A stretch of 64,000 nucleotides of DNA from Candidatus Levyibacteriota bacterium (GTDB lineage: Bacteria > Patescibacteriota > Microgenomatia > Levybacterales > GWA1-39-11). The DNA is taken from contig DAIQMY010000001.1 in NCBI GenBank assembly GCA_036788695.1, positions 396,767-460,766 on the forward strand. Reading direction: 5' to 3'. Both the position numbers and the translations under genes were made by a program. The stretch's first letter is position 1; each line of letters starts with the position of its first letter. This document shows, piece by piece, positions 20,289 to 30,410 of this stretch. The notes under the pieces are model-generated. The model made no database searches. It saw only the letters and a list, made by a program, of their open reading frames with translations, and was not told the DNA's origin.

Positions 20289-21668
20289 TTAGTTGTTCCC
20301 AAGTTCAGTTATTCGTTTAAGCAAATACTCTCTATTGTTGAGCTCTAAATTTTCGTCAACCTCAAGAAATATTTTTTGTAATATCTCACCAATCTTTGGT
20401 CCAGGCTTAATATGTAATATTTGCATGATATCATTTCCGTCTATTAAAAGATCATTTACTGAAAAAGGTGGATTTAGTTCTTTTACTATTCTTTCTTTGA
20501 ATTGTCTGAGTCTCCATGATTCTGCGGTTTGTGTGCCGCTTCCAAGTCTATCCCCAATTCTAAGATCAATCATATCTTTTACATTTTCAATTCCAACTCG
20601 TCTTATAAAACGACGTATTGCCGAATCTGTAATATGCTCATCTACCGTAAACATATGCCAACGGATAAGAGTCATAATTTTCTCTCTATCCTTTTTGGAT
20701 AAATGCAGTCTTTCAGCTACTTCTCGAGCTATTTTAGCACCCGCAATCTCATGATTATAAAATATTACTAACCCCTGGCTATCCTCAGACCTAACCATTG
20801 GTTTTCCAGCATCATGGAGTAATGTCGCAAGGCGTACCAAAGGATCAGTTGCGGGAGTATGCTTTAAAGATAAAACATTATGTGTAAAGACATCTGCTGT
20901 ATGATGTCTTCCGGGTCTTTCCTGAGATACTCCTTTTCCTATTTCAAGTTCTGGAAGAATGTACTGCAGTAGACCGGTAGAATCTAACAGCATAATACCG
21001 TCATATGCGCGCTCTGAAGCTAAGATTTTTATGAGTTCGTCTCTTATTCTTTCTCCTGAGACATGCTTTATAAGTTGTGCATCCCTGCAGATTGCAACAA
21101 GAGTAGTTTCATCTATTGAGAAATCTAATTGAGTAGCAAGTCGTACGGCGCGCATGAGACGAAGAGCATCTTCTTTAAAGCGTGCGTTTGGATCTCCAAC
21201 TGCCTTGATAAGCTTTAGCTCTATATCTTTTATCCCATCAAATGGATCTACATATTTAAATGAGTTTGTAGAATCCTCTTCTATCTGAAATGCTATTGCA
21301 TTCATGGTAAAATCACGTCTTTTCAGATCTTCTTCGATCGTTTTACCCCAAGAAACAGTTTCAGGTTTTCTGTGATCCTTATAGGTCCCCTCATTTCTGT
21401 ATGTAGTGATCTCTACTACCCCCTTGTGTTCATCCTCTGGTACCTGAGGAAGGGGTATGCCAACTGTCCCGAAGGAGTTATCATAAAATGAATCGGGGAA
21501 AACGCTTTGTATTTCAGCAGGCGTTGCATTTGTTGTAAGATCCCAATCTTTCGGATTTTTCTGAAGTAATATATTCCGAACACAACCGCCCACAAAGTAC
21601 ACTTCAAAGCCAGAATTTTCAAGCCGTTTGTATATTGACAGAACATCTTCGGGAATTTTGTCTTTCAT
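20289..21668 (-). CDS. cca: CCA-adding tRNA nucleotidyltransferase with C-terminal HD domain
   Basis: Pol-beta head motif YFVGGCVRNILL...DWDLTT, and an HD motif HHTADVFTH...LHDAGK. Confidence 0.8.
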   Translation of the reverse strand: MKDKIPEDVLSIYKRLENSGFEVYFVGGCVRNILLQKNPKDWDLTTNATPAEIQSVFPDSFYDNSFGTVGIPLPQVPEDEHKGVVEITTYRNEGTYKDHRKPETVSWGKTIEEDLKRRDFTMNAIAFQIEEDSTNSFKYVDPFDGIKDIELKLIKAVGDPNARFKEDALRLMRAVRLATQLDFSIDETTLVAICRDAQLIKHVSGERIRDELIKILASERAYDGIMLLDSTGLLQYILPELEIGKGVSQERPGRHHTADVFTHNVLSLKHTPATDPLVRLATLLHDAGKPMVRSEDSQGLVIFYNHEIAGAKIAREVAERLHLSKKDREKIMTLIRWHMFTVDEHITDSAIRRFIRRVGIENVKDMIDLRIGDRLGSGTQTAESWRLRQFKERIVKELNPPFSVNDLLIDGNDIMQILHIKPGPKIGEILQKIFLEVDENLELNNREYLLKRITELGNN

Positions 21669-21688
21669 GTGGTACTATTGATTTTATC

Positions 21689-23344
21689 ATGAAACGCTGG
21701 AAAATCCTGAACGAAGAAAAAATAGAGAGCAAAAAAGAGATCATAGCTATGATTCTTAGGAACAGGGGGATAAAAGACCCTTTTGATATTGAGAATTTTT
21801 TAAATCCTAAACTTGAGACTATAACGCAAGAGTCTGTGGGGATTAATTCCGGAGAGGTAAAAAAAACAATAGCTCTTATAAAAGAGACAATAATGGAGGA
21901 TAAGAGCATCATAATTTATGGAGATTATGATGTGGATGGAATTTGTGGAACAGCTATTTTATGGGAGACAATTTTTTCATTTTATAAAAAAGTACATCCG
22001 TATATTCCTCATAGAATAGATGAGGGTTATGGTTTATCAATTGCTGGCATTGAACATTGTAAAGAACAAAACAAGGATATTGGACTCATCATAACTGTGG
22101 ATAATGGAATCGTTGCTGAAAAAGCGGTACGTTACGCAAAGACTGAGGAGATTAGAGTTGTTGTTTCTGATCATCACACAAAAGGGAAAACTTCACCTCA
22201 TGCAGATGCCATAATTCATACAACAGAGCTTTGTGGGGCAGGGGTTGCCTACCTGCTAAGTACTAAGATTCGGGAGGAATTTAAGATTCCAGCAGACAAT
22301 TTGCATCTTGAATTAGTTGCTCTTGCGACGGTTGCTGATTTGGTACCGCTACAAAAACACAATAGAACATTCCTGAAGCATGGCATTATGGCATTACGAC
22401 AAACAAAGAGGGAAGGACTTTTAGCACTTTTTACAGAAGAAAAGATTGAAAAGGCGCTCATAGATACGTATCACATCGGACATATTATTGCCCCAAGACT
22501 GAACGCCTCCGGGAGAATCTCTCATGCGCTCGATTCATTACGATTAATCTGTACAACTAATAAAAAAAGAGCAATAGAATTAGCAAAACAACTTCATGAA
22601 GTAAATAAAGAGCGTCAAATGCTGACAATTACTTCAGCGGATCACGCAAAAGCATCAGTATTAAAGAGTAAGGATGAGTTAGGAAATTTGCTTTTTGTAG
22701 CAGACCAATCTTATGAGCAGGGGGTTGTGGGGCTGATAGCCTCAAGGTTAGTAGAGGAGTTTTATAGACCTTCTATTGCAGTATCTATAGGCAAGAAAGT
22801 TTCAAAAGGATCAGCGCGGTCTATCTCCGGAGTGAATATCATAGAATTAATTCGATCAGTCCCAAACCTTGTTTTTGAAGCAGGTGGGCATCCTATGGCG
22901 GCAGGTTTTAGTATAGACACAGAAAAGCTGGATACGTTTAAAAATGAATTAGTAAAGAAGGCAGCTGAAATAAAAAACGAATTATTTGAGCGTTTACTGT
23001 CAATTGATTCAGAATTATCTTTCAGTACTATAAATCTTGATCTTTATTATGCCATTCAGGCATTATCCCCGTTTGGTATGGGAAATCCTACTCCAGTATT
23101 TATGACAAAGGCAGTCTCCATTGCGTCTTTAGGTAAAGTTGGTAAAGAAGGGAACCATTTGCAATTTTTATTTGAGAAAGATGGGGAGTTTTTTAAGGGA
23201 ATACAATTTAATTTTAAAAATACTGAAACCTTTCATGTAGGTGATATGGTAGATATTGTTTACACAATCGAGCTAAATGAGTGGAAGGGAAACAAAAATA
23301 TTCAGCTAAAAATAAGAGATATGCAGAAAAATAGCCTGATTTAA
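21689..23344 (+). CDS. recJ: single-stranded-DNA-specific exonuclease RecJ
   Basis: DHH motifs (IIYGDYDVDGICGTAIL, DHH) and a DHHA1 motif GGHPMAAGF. Start moved to the ATG at 21689 so that it does not overlap the divergent cca. Confidence 0.8.
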   Translation: MKRWKILNEEKIESKKEIIAMILRNRGIKDPFDIENFLNPKLETITQESVGINSGEVKKTIALIKETIMEDKSIIIYGDYDVDGICGTAILWETIFSFYKKVHPYIPHRIDEGYGLSIAGIEHCKEQNKDIGLIITVDNGIVAEKAVRYAKTEEIRVVVSDHHTKGKTSPHADAIIHTTELCGAGVAYLLSTKIREEFKIPADNLHLELVALATVADLVPLQKHNRTFLKHGIMALRQTKREGLLALFTEEKIEKALIDTYHIGHIIAPRLNASGRISHALDSLRLICTTNKKRAIELAKQLHEVNKERQMLTITSADHAKASVLKSKDELGNLLFVADQSYEQGVVGLIASRLVEEFYRPSIAVSIGKKVSKGSARSISGVNIIELIRSVPNLVFEAGGHPMAAGFSIDTEKLDTFKNELVKKAAEIKNELFERLLSIDSELSFSTINLDLYYAIQALSPFGMGNPTPVFMTKAVSIASLGKVGKEGNHLQFLFEKDGEFFKGIQFNFKNTETFHVGDMVDIVYTIELNEWKGNKNIQLKIRDMQKNSLI

Positions 23345-23568
23345 GCCTTTTTCCGTTTTTTCATGAGGATTTCTTCTTGTTCAGGCGTAATATTTGGTTT
23401 GAGTACTAAATAACCATCGGATAAGCGGGATACTGTTTTTGGAACAGTATATCCCCCAACAGTCCTATTAGGATCTACTTGCCTAGGGCTATGGATTCCA
23501 GCATCTCGCATTGCCTCTAAATGACTTTGAGTTAGCTCTTCTCTTGATGGTTTATGGTGTTCAATCAT
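23341..23568 (-). CDS. small hypothetical protein (75 aa; the track version uses a TTG start at 23658)
   Basis: The ORF is real at the sequence level. The first ATG is at 23568. The longer TTG-initiated version would read through a hairpin plus T-run at 23590-23625. Confidence 0.3.
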   Translation of the reverse strand: MIEHHKPSREELTQSHLEAMRDAGIHSPRQVDPNRTVGGYTVPKTVSRLSDGYLVLKPNITPEQEEILMKKRKKA

Positions 23569-23757
23569 ATGTTTAATGTTTATAAAACAAAAAAAACTCC
23601 CAAAGTTTTCTGGGAGTTTTGAAACAAAAGTTTCAAGCCCCCTATAGGAGTCCTGCAATCTTATTTAAAAAACGTGTGAAAGTCATAGATATATTAGTAT
23701 ATTACGCCTTTAATATCCCCTTGTCAAGTTAGGTCACGAAGCTATACAATATGCTGT

Positions 23758-25146
23758 ATGAAGATGGAAAACGGAGAACAGATGGAAAGGACTTTGGCGC
23801 TTGATTGTATAGGAAAGATTGGGCAACAGGTTCGTCTTTGTGGATGGGTACAAGTAGTACGTGCTCATGGCAAAATAGCGTTTATTGACTTGAGAGATAG
23901 ATCTGGAGTAATTCAAATTGGTGCGTTTGAAGGAGATTTACCAGGTGCTTTTAGTAAGTTAGGATCCCAGGATATTATAGCAGTTGAAGGAGTTGTGAAG
24001 GAACGTGGTGAACGGTACGTGAATAGCAATCTTCCAACAGGAACAATAGAAATAGAAGCAACGGTTTGTGAGGTAATTCAAAAGTCACACGAAATGCCAT
24101 TTGATATGGCAGGACGTGATCTGAATCTAGAGCTACCTACACTTCTTGACAATAGGGGCTTAACGCTTAGGCATCCTAAAATTGCCGCAATTTTTAAAGT
24201 TCAAGAGGTAATAATAGATGCATTTAGGATGGCACTGAAAGAAAAGGGTTTTACGGAATTTCAGTCTCCAGTTATCATTCCCCAAGGAGCAGAGGGCGGG
24301 GCTGAAATGTTTGAGGTGAACTATTTTGGGAATAAAGCATTTCTTGCTCAAAGTCCTCAGTTTTATAAACAGATTATGGTTGGCGTTTTTGAACGCGTAT
24401 TTACTGTTAACAAGACCTTAAGAGCAGAACCATCAATTACTACAAGGCACTTAGCTGAGGCAACAACTCTTGACGCTGAATTTGGATTCATTAGCTCATG
24501 GACGGATGTTATGGATATGGCTGAGTATGTTGTGAAATTTGTATTTGATAAGGTCATGCATACATGTGGTGCTGAACTAAGCATGTATGATACTGAAGTT
24601 CCCATTATTGAAAGTGAAATTCCGAGAATTAAATTGAGAGCTGCACAAAAAATCATTTTAGAGCGAACAGGTAGGGATAACACTCAGGAGCCCGATTTAA
24701 CGCCTGAAGATGAGCGGGAAATTTGCAGATGGTCTCGGGAAGAGAAAGGATCAGATTTGGTATTCATAACTCATTATCCGGTTGAAAAAAGACCTTTTTA
24801 TACATTTGAGGATCCGCAGGATCCGGGGTATACATTAAGTATGGATTTGTTGGGAAGAGGTGTTGAGTGGATGACGGGAGGGCAAAGAATTACTGATCTT
24901 GAGAAGCTTACTGTGAGTGCAAAAAAACGCGGGATAGACTTGCTAAAATCAGAGCTTTACTTTCAGGCATTTAAATATGCAATGCCTCCTGAGGGTGGAT
25001 TTTCTTTTGGGTCAGAGCGCATGACAATGCACATATTAGGGTTATCAAATATTCGTGAGGCTTCACTCTTTCCACGAGACATGGAAAGAGTAGACGAGCG
25101 TTTTTCTGCCGCACATGAAAAAAAAGAAACAACAAAAGGCGAATGA
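23758..25146 (+). CDS. aspS: aspartate--tRNA ligase, archaeal/eukaryotic-type class IIb (AsnRS not excluded)
   Basis: N-terminal OB fold, motif 2 FRAE region (RAEPSITTRHLAE), QSPQFYKQ, and motif 3 GGFSFGSERMTMH. The ~460 aa length fits the short archaeal-type enzyme. Confidence 0.7.
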   Translation: MKMENGEQMERTLALDCIGKIGQQVRLCGWVQVVRAHGKIAFIDLRDRSGVIQIGAFEGDLPGAFSKLGSQDIIAVEGVVKERGERYVNSNLPTGTIEIEATVCEVIQKSHEMPFDMAGRDLNLELPTLLDNRGLTLRHPKIAAIFKVQEVIIDAFRMALKEKGFTEFQSPVIIPQGAEGGAEMFEVNYFGNKAFLAQSPQFYKQIMVGVFERVFTVNKTLRAEPSITTRHLAEATTLDAEFGFISSWTDVMDMAEYVVKFVFDKVMHTCGAELSMYDTEVPIIESEIPRIKLRAAQKIILERTGRDNTQEPDLTPEDEREICRWSREEKGSDLVFITHYPVEKRPFYTFEDPQDPGYTLSMDLLGRGVEWMTGGQRITDLEKLTVSAKKRGIDLLKSELYFQAFKYAMPPEGGFSFGSERMTMHILGLSNIREASLFPRDMERVDERFSAAHEKKETTKGE

Positions 25147-26077
25147 AAAGCCAAAAAAAACTTCACATAGGAAAATATTTATAATTGCATTTTTTGTTTT
25201 AACGCTTTTAAATTTTGTGTTATTTGGGATAATCATTGTATTTATAGCGTTAATACAGTTTTCTCAGGTTAAAAAAAATCAAGAGCAGATTATTAAAAAT
25301 ACATCATTTTCTTATTTTTTAAATCAACCTCAGCTGTTACTGTCTTCAAAGGCTCTTGAAGTATATGATGCAAATTCTCACGTCTCACTTTTATCTAAAA
25401 ATAATAATTTACGCTTCTCTCCTGCTTCAACAGTTAAAATAATGGCTTCTATAGTGGCTCTTGATGCCTTTCCCCCCGGTAAAATAGTAACTGTGGAGAA
25501 ATTAGATATTCGTCCGGACATCTCAAAGATGGGTTTATATGTGGGAGAAAGAATTTCAGTTCTGGGTCTGCTTTATGGAATGATGCTTCCGTCAGGAGGA
25601 GACGCGGCTGATGTGTTAGCCGATAATTACCCGGGGGGTAAGGAGGCATTTGTAGCAGCCATGAACAAGAAAGCACGCGAGATAGGCTTAGTTAATACGT
25701 ATTTTGCTGATCCTTCAGGATATAGTGATGAGAACTATTCAACTGCTGCTGATTTGTCAAAGCTGGGTGCTTATGCGCTGCAAAATCAGACAATAAGGGA
25801 AATAGTGAAAACAAAGGAAATATCTTTATACGCGCCTGATGGCACTATTGCCCATAAACTAAAAAACTTAAATGAGTTATTGGATATACCAGGTGTGGTG
25901 GGCGTTAAGACCGGTTTTACAAATGAGGCAGAAGGGGTATTGGTAACATCTTATGTGAAAAATAACAAAACGTTTATCATAGTGATTTTGGGAAGTAAAG
26001 ATAGATTTGCAGATACAAGATTGCTCATCGAAGCAATTATTAAGGATTTAAAAAGTGAGAGTTATACAAATAATTAA
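25115..26077 (+). CDS. D-alanyl-D-alanine carboxypeptidase (S11/PBP5-like)
   Basis: SPASTVK (SxxK), SGGD (SxN-like) and KTGFT (KTG) active-site triad. N-terminal TM anchor. Confidence 0.75.
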   Translation: MKKKKQQKANEKPKKTSHRKIFIIAFFVLTLLNFVLFGIIIVFIALIQFSQVKKNQEQIIKNTSFSYFLNQPQLLLSSKALEVYDANSHVSLLSKNNNLRFSPASTVKIMASIVALDAFPPGKIVTVEKLDIRPDISKMGLYVGERISVLGLLYGMMLPSGGDAADVLADNYPGGKEAFVAAMNKKAREIGLVNTYFADPSGYSDENYSTAADLSKLGAYALQNQTIREIVKTKEISLYAPDGTIAHKLKNLNELLDIPGVVGVKTGFTNEAEGVLVTSYVKNNKTFIIVILGSKDRFADTRLLIEAIIKDLKSESYTNN

Positions 26078-27090
26078 GGAAGTGCATTTACATATGCCTG
26101 AAAATTATTTGCACCGGTAAACACAATAATAGGCATTAAATATTTTTGAGACGTGTCAGTTGATAAATAATACCCAAGACTTATGTCTGTAATATCTATT
26201 GTTGAGGCAGTTGTTGGGCGTACTATATATCCTTTTCCTTTTTTCAAATCTTCAAATGCCTCATCAGCAGATCGCAGTTTATATGTTGATGATTCATTTA
26301 AATCAGGAAGAAAATGGTTGTAGTTTGCATCTACAATCCCTGAAGTGTTATCAGAAATAGTCGTGACATATAAGGTTGAAGGGTTTGAGGTAGGATAATA
26401 AATTGGTAATTCGTTAACATTTTTTTGCGCTAAAAAAACTCTTGCGACAGTCGCGGTTATTGCTGATTCTGCCTCCACGAGTTGACCATTATGTATGTTG
26501 TAATAAAAGATTGGACTTTTTGACATATCAATGTCAGAAGTATTTGATCCGAGCGTATTAATAAAAGATAAAACTGTTCCCGTAACATCTTCTGTATTGG
26601 AAAGTGATGAGGGGGCAAGGTTTGGATCCGTAAGATAATCAGATTCAACAGAGAAATTGAGTGAGGTTATATTATAAAAAAGCACGTTATTTATATTTGA
26701 TTTTGACCATTTGTATAATGATTGAGTAATGGTTTGTTGGTTTTGTGTGTAACCCAAGGACGCTGCTCGATTACGTGCGCTTTGAAAGTCAGATATTTTT
26801 GGCGTTCTTTGCTGCAGTTTATATACAAGAATTGTTGATGGGAAGGAGGGGAATTTTCCAGAAATAGTATTAAGTTTAAATTCAGGAAGAGAGTTAGTTG
26901 ATTCTGGGAATGATAGAGCAGGTAAGGCTCCAAATTTTTCTTCCGCGGGAGTTGGAGCTTGAGGAAATAGAGATTTTTTAATATATAAGCCCCCCTGGAA
27001 TATAAGAAAAATAAGAACGAGTGTTCCCATAACAATTCCACCAATCTTTAGGCTAAAACGTGCTTCTCTTGTGATTTGCGCAAGTGACAT
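26074..27090 (-). CDS. hypothetical secreted/membrane-anchored protein
   Basis: Start moved to the ATG at 27090 (MSLAQIT...), which gives a signal/TM segment and avoids overlap with gltX. No recognisable domain. Confidence 0.4.
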   Translation of the reverse strand: MSLAQITREARFSLKIGGIVMGTLVLIFLIFQGGLYIKKSLFPQAPTPAEEKFGALPALSFPESTNSLPEFKLNTISGKFPSFPSTILVYKLQQRTPKISDFQSARNRAASLGYTQNQQTITQSLYKWSKSNINNVLFYNITSLNFSVESDYLTDPNLAPSSLSNTEDVTGTVLSFINTLGSNTSDIDMSKSPIFYYNIHNGQLVEAESAITATVARVFLAQKNVNELPIYYPTSNPSTLYVTTISDNTSGIVDANYNHFLPDLNESSTYKLRSADEAFEDLKKGKGYIVRPTTASTIDITDISLGYYLSTDTSQKYLMPIIVFTGANNFQAYVNALP

Positions 27091-27141
27091 AATTTTGAAG
27101 TATATTGAGTATAGGGAATAAGTCAGGTAAAATGCAAGGAT

Positions 27142-28368
27142 ATGGAGGTTGGGGATATAAGAAAAATAAAAACACGTTTTGCGCCGAGTCCTACAGGTAG
27201 TTTGCATGTTGGGGGAATTAGAACTGCGCTCTTTAATTATTTTTTAGCAAAGGTGAAAAATGGAACATTTATGCTGCGTATTGAAGACACTGATCAGCAG
27301 AGGAAGGTAGAGGGAGCTGAGGAGCAGATAAAGGAGTCGTTAGAATGGCTTGGAGCTAATTGGGATGAATTTGTTGTTCAGTCACAAAGACTAAGTGAAT
27401 ATAAAAAATATGCAGAAAAACTATTGGCAGAGGGGAAGGCTAAACTCGATAATGGAGCAATTCGTTTTATAGTCTCTAAAGAGGGAAAAACAGCATGGAA
27501 TGATGCGATTGGTGATAAAGAAATAATTTTTGAGAATAAAGACATAGAGGATTTTATAATTCTGAAAGGAGATGGATATCCTACCTATCACTTAGCAAGT
27601 GTCGTAGATGATCACATGATGAATATAACACATGTGATACGGGGAGAAGATTGGATTTCTTCAACTCCAAAACACATTATGTTATATTCGGCATTGGGAT
27701 GGAGTGTGCCAGTTTTTGCCCACGTTCCGAATGTATTTGGAACGGATGGGAAAAAACTTTCAAAAAGAAGAGGTGCTAAGAGCGCCTTGGATTATAAAAA
27801 AGAAGGAATTCTGTCTGACGCTTTACTAAACTACTTAATGCTTCTGGGTTGGTCTCCAAAAAATGATCGTGAGATATTCAGTAAAGAGGAAATTGAAAAA
27901 GAATTTACATTAGAAAATGTAAATTCGTCCCCTGCAATTTTTGATGAAAAGAAGCTGCTGTGGGTAAATGGTGAACACATAAGGCTGTTAACCACAGAAT
28001 CCTTACAGGAAAGATTACTTGAATTTGATCCAACTCTGTCTGGGATAGCGAATTTTACGAAATACCTTTCTCTTGCACAGACCCGGATGAAGACGTTAGC
28101 TGAATTTAGAGGTATGGTGGAGGACACTCGGGGTGTAGAGCTATCAGATAAGCAAAGGCAATTAGCGGGTTTTCTATTGGATAAATATAAGAGTATTTCA
28201 CGTTGGAATACTGAGGAAATCCTGCAGGCATCACTTGCTGCAAGAGATATGTCTGACGCGAAAACTCAAGATTTATACGTGGTTTTAACTGGTAAAACTC
28301 AGGGGCTGCCATTTGCTGAAAAGTTAGAAATTGAAGGAAAAGATGCTACAATTAAAAAACTACAATGA
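27142..28368 (+). CDS. gltX: glutamate--tRNA ligase (short, 408 aa)
   Basis: SPTGSLHVGGIRTALFN (HIGH region) and KLSKR (KMSKS variant). Confidence 0.8.
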   Translation: MEVGDIRKIKTRFAPSPTGSLHVGGIRTALFNYFLAKVKNGTFMLRIEDTDQQRKVEGAEEQIKESLEWLGANWDEFVVQSQRLSEYKKYAEKLLAEGKAKLDNGAIRFIVSKEGKTAWNDAIGDKEIIFENKDIEDFIILKGDGYPTYHLASVVDDHMMNITHVIRGEDWISSTPKHIMLYSALGWSVPVFAHVPNVFGTDGKKLSKRRGAKSALDYKKEGILSDALLNYLMLLGWSPKNDREIFSKEEIEKEFTLENVNSSPAIFDEKKLLWVNGEHIRLLTTESLQERLLEFDPTLSGIANFTKYLSLAQTRMKTLAEFRGMVEDTRGVELSDKQRQLAGFLLDKYKSISRWNTEEILQASLAARDMSDAKTQDLYVVLTGKTQGLPFAEKLEIEGKDATIKKLQ

Positions 28369-28730
28369 TAGAGCATAGATCACTCGTAAAATCATTTCAT
28401 TACGCATACCAGGGTGTGGCATATGCAGTGAAAGAAAATCAAAATATAAGAATTTTGATTGCAATAGCAATCATGGTTATGATAGCAAGTATATTTTTCC
28501 AAATAAATGCATTTGAAATGGGAATTCTAGGAGTTATGATACTACTGGTTTTATCTGCCGAAATGATTAATACCTCACTTGAGGAAATGACAGATCTTAT
28601 TACAACTGAGCATAGGAAAGAGGCAAAAATAGCAAAAGATGTAGCTGCGGGAATGGTATTAGTAGTATCTTTAGGGTCACTTATTGTAGGTGTTCTTATT
28701 TTTCTTCCGTATATCCTTAAGTTGTTTTAA
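28365..28730 (+). CDS. dgkA: diacylglycerol/undecaprenol kinase (DgkA family)
   Basis: 121 aa with three TM helices and the motif SAEMINTSLEEM. ATGA overlap with gltX. Confidence 0.7.
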   Translation: MIEHRSLVKSFHYAYQGVAYAVKENQNIRILIAIAIMVMIASIFFQINAFEMGILGVMILLVLSAEMINTSLEEMTDLITTEHRKEAKIAKDVAAGMVLVVSLGSLIVGVLIFLPYILKLF

Positions 28731-28732
28731 AT

Positions 28733-28990
28733 CTAGTTATCTTTTGTAGAATCTGCTCTTGATGAGGTGAGTGCAAGTATCTCAGATAGTTTTTTCACAA
28801 ATTTTTTTGCGTGACTTTTACTCATTCCTACGCGAGCTACGACCTGAACTTGGTTTTGAGCGATTCCTTTCTGGCAGACATCAATTATTACACCATCTTC
28901 ATTAACGTTCATAAAAAGTGTATCCGTATACAAAATAGGTATAGTAGTAGGTGTAACGTGTATATTTTCTTCCTGTTTTGGGTTTTGCAT
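28733..28990 (-). CDS. small protein, DUF3467-like
   Basis: Pattern YTDTLFMNVNEDGVIIDVCQ...VVARVGMSKSHAKKFVKKL resembles DUF3467. Confidence 0.4.
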   Translation of the reverse strand: MQNPKQEENIHVTPTTIPILYTDTLFMNVNEDGVIIDVCQKGIAQNQVQVVARVGMSKSHAKKFVKKLSEILALTSSRADSTKDN

Positions 28991-28992
28991 GT

Positions 28993-29319
28993 CTATTTTA
29001 TTTTTGATCCATTTGGTACCTCTTGTGTAGGTACTAATAGAACTGGACCGTTTTCTCCATCTGTTGCAAGAAGCATTCCTTCACTTGTAAGCCCCATCAT
29101 TTCCCTGGGCTCCAAGTTAACGATAAAAAGCGCCTGTTTTCCTATGAGGTCTTCGGGAGTGAAGTACTTCTGAATGCCTGACAGTATTTGTTTTTCACCA
29201 ATTTCAGGACCAAAATCAACTATTTCTTTATAGAGTTTTTCAGACCCTGGTACCTGTTCCACGTTTTTAATAGTCCCAATTCTTATATCTAATTTTTCCA
29301 GGTCATCGATTGATATCAT
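28993..29319 (-). CDS. tRNA-binding domain protein (CsaA/Trbp111/EMAP-like OB fold)
   Basis: LDIRIGTI...FIVNLEPREMMGLTSEGMLLA is the characteristic tRNA-binding OB-fold pattern. Confidence 0.7.
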   Translation of the reverse strand: MISIDDLEKLDIRIGTIKNVEQVPGSEKLYKEIVDFGPEIGEKQILSGIQKYFTPEDLIGKQALFIVNLEPREMMGLTSEGMLLATDGENGPVLLVPTQEVPNGSKIK

Positions 29320-29329
29320 ATGACAAGTA

Positions 29330-30346
29330 TTGTATCATATAAGAATCGCAATGGAAGCAGTTGAGAATTCTATAAAAAACATCATCATTAAAAACCAAAT
29401 AGTAGTAGCACTGCTTCTGGTTGTGTTGGGCTGGTTTATTATTCAGATAAAGGAAATTTTAATACTTTTCTTTATCTCATATATACTAATGGCTGCGCTG
29501 AAGCCGTATGTTTCGTACCTAACAAAATTTAAAATCCCAAGAACTGTAGCAATAGCTCTCTTGTACGTTCTGACACTGGGGGTAGTAGTGCTGCTTATTG
29601 TGCCTATAATTCCGTTTTTCTCTTCTCAAATATCCTCACTTATAGTTTCATTCCCTAAGTATTTGGATGACATTTTGCACGCGCTACGTATAAATATACA
29701 AGCGTCTCAAATGCAGGAATTTCTTACCTCTCAATTTGACACGATTACTTCTAATGCTTTTGCGGTAACCGGTGCGATTTTAGGTTCTATTTTTTCTCTA
29801 TTTTTGGTTTTTGTAGTAAGTTTTTATTTGATGCAAGATGAAAATAGGGTTAAAAAAGAACTCATGTTGTTTTTTCCGAAGAAAGATAAGGAAAAAGCCA
29901 TGTCAACCATGGCGATGATAGAGGAGAAGTTGGGTGCGTGGTTTCGGGGACAACTTGTATTATGCTTTACCATTGGGTTACTTACATGGATTGCGTTAAC
30001 CGTTATTAGTTTTCCGTTTGCCCTTCCCCTGGCACTTCTCGCGGGTCTGCTTGAGATAGTTCCTACAATAGGTCCAATTCTCTCTGCGGTTCCTGCAGTT
30101 ATTGTTGCTTTATCTATCTCCCCTGGGCTTGCGTTTACTATCATCATAATATACATAGTAATTCAGATGATTGAGAACAATGTATTAGTTCCTAAAGTTA
30201 TGCAAAAAGCAGTAGGGTTAAATCCTATTGTAATTATTCTAGCAATTACTATTGGGGCAAAATTGCTAGGTCTTATGGGTGCGCTTTTGTGTATTCCCTT
30301 TATCTCCATGATTATAATAATTATTAAAAACATGAGAAAAGAGTAA
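29330..30346 (+). CDS. AI-2E family transporter (PerM/UPF0118)
   Basis: Eight hydrophobic helices with the family-typical WFRGQL...LLEIVPTIGPI motifs. Confidence 0.65.
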   Translation: MYHIRIAMEAVENSIKNIIIKNQIVVALLLVVLGWFIIQIKEILILFFISYILMAALKPYVSYLTKFKIPRTVAIALLYVLTLGVVVLLIVPIIPFFSSQISSLIVSFPKYLDDILHALRINIQASQMQEFLTSQFDTITSNAFAVTGAILGSIFSLFLVFVVSFYLMQDENRVKKELMLFFPKKDKEKAMSTMAMIEEKLGAWFRGQLVLCFTIGLLTWIALTVISFPFALPLALLAGLLEIVPTIGPILSAVPAVIVALSISPGLAFTIIIIYIVIQMIENNVLVPKVMQKAVGLNPIVIILAITIGAKLLGLMGALLCIPFISMIIIIIKNMRKE

Positions 30347-30410
30347 AATAGCCTCTTGATTTTATAGTGGCATTTATATAAAATCTGCCTACCTCTGCCT
30401 AAGAATTAGT

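Noticed and set aside
23734-23916. 60-aa minus-strand ORF overlapping the aspS start
   Set aside because: It is low-complexity and overlaps the aspS 5' end and promoter region with no support.
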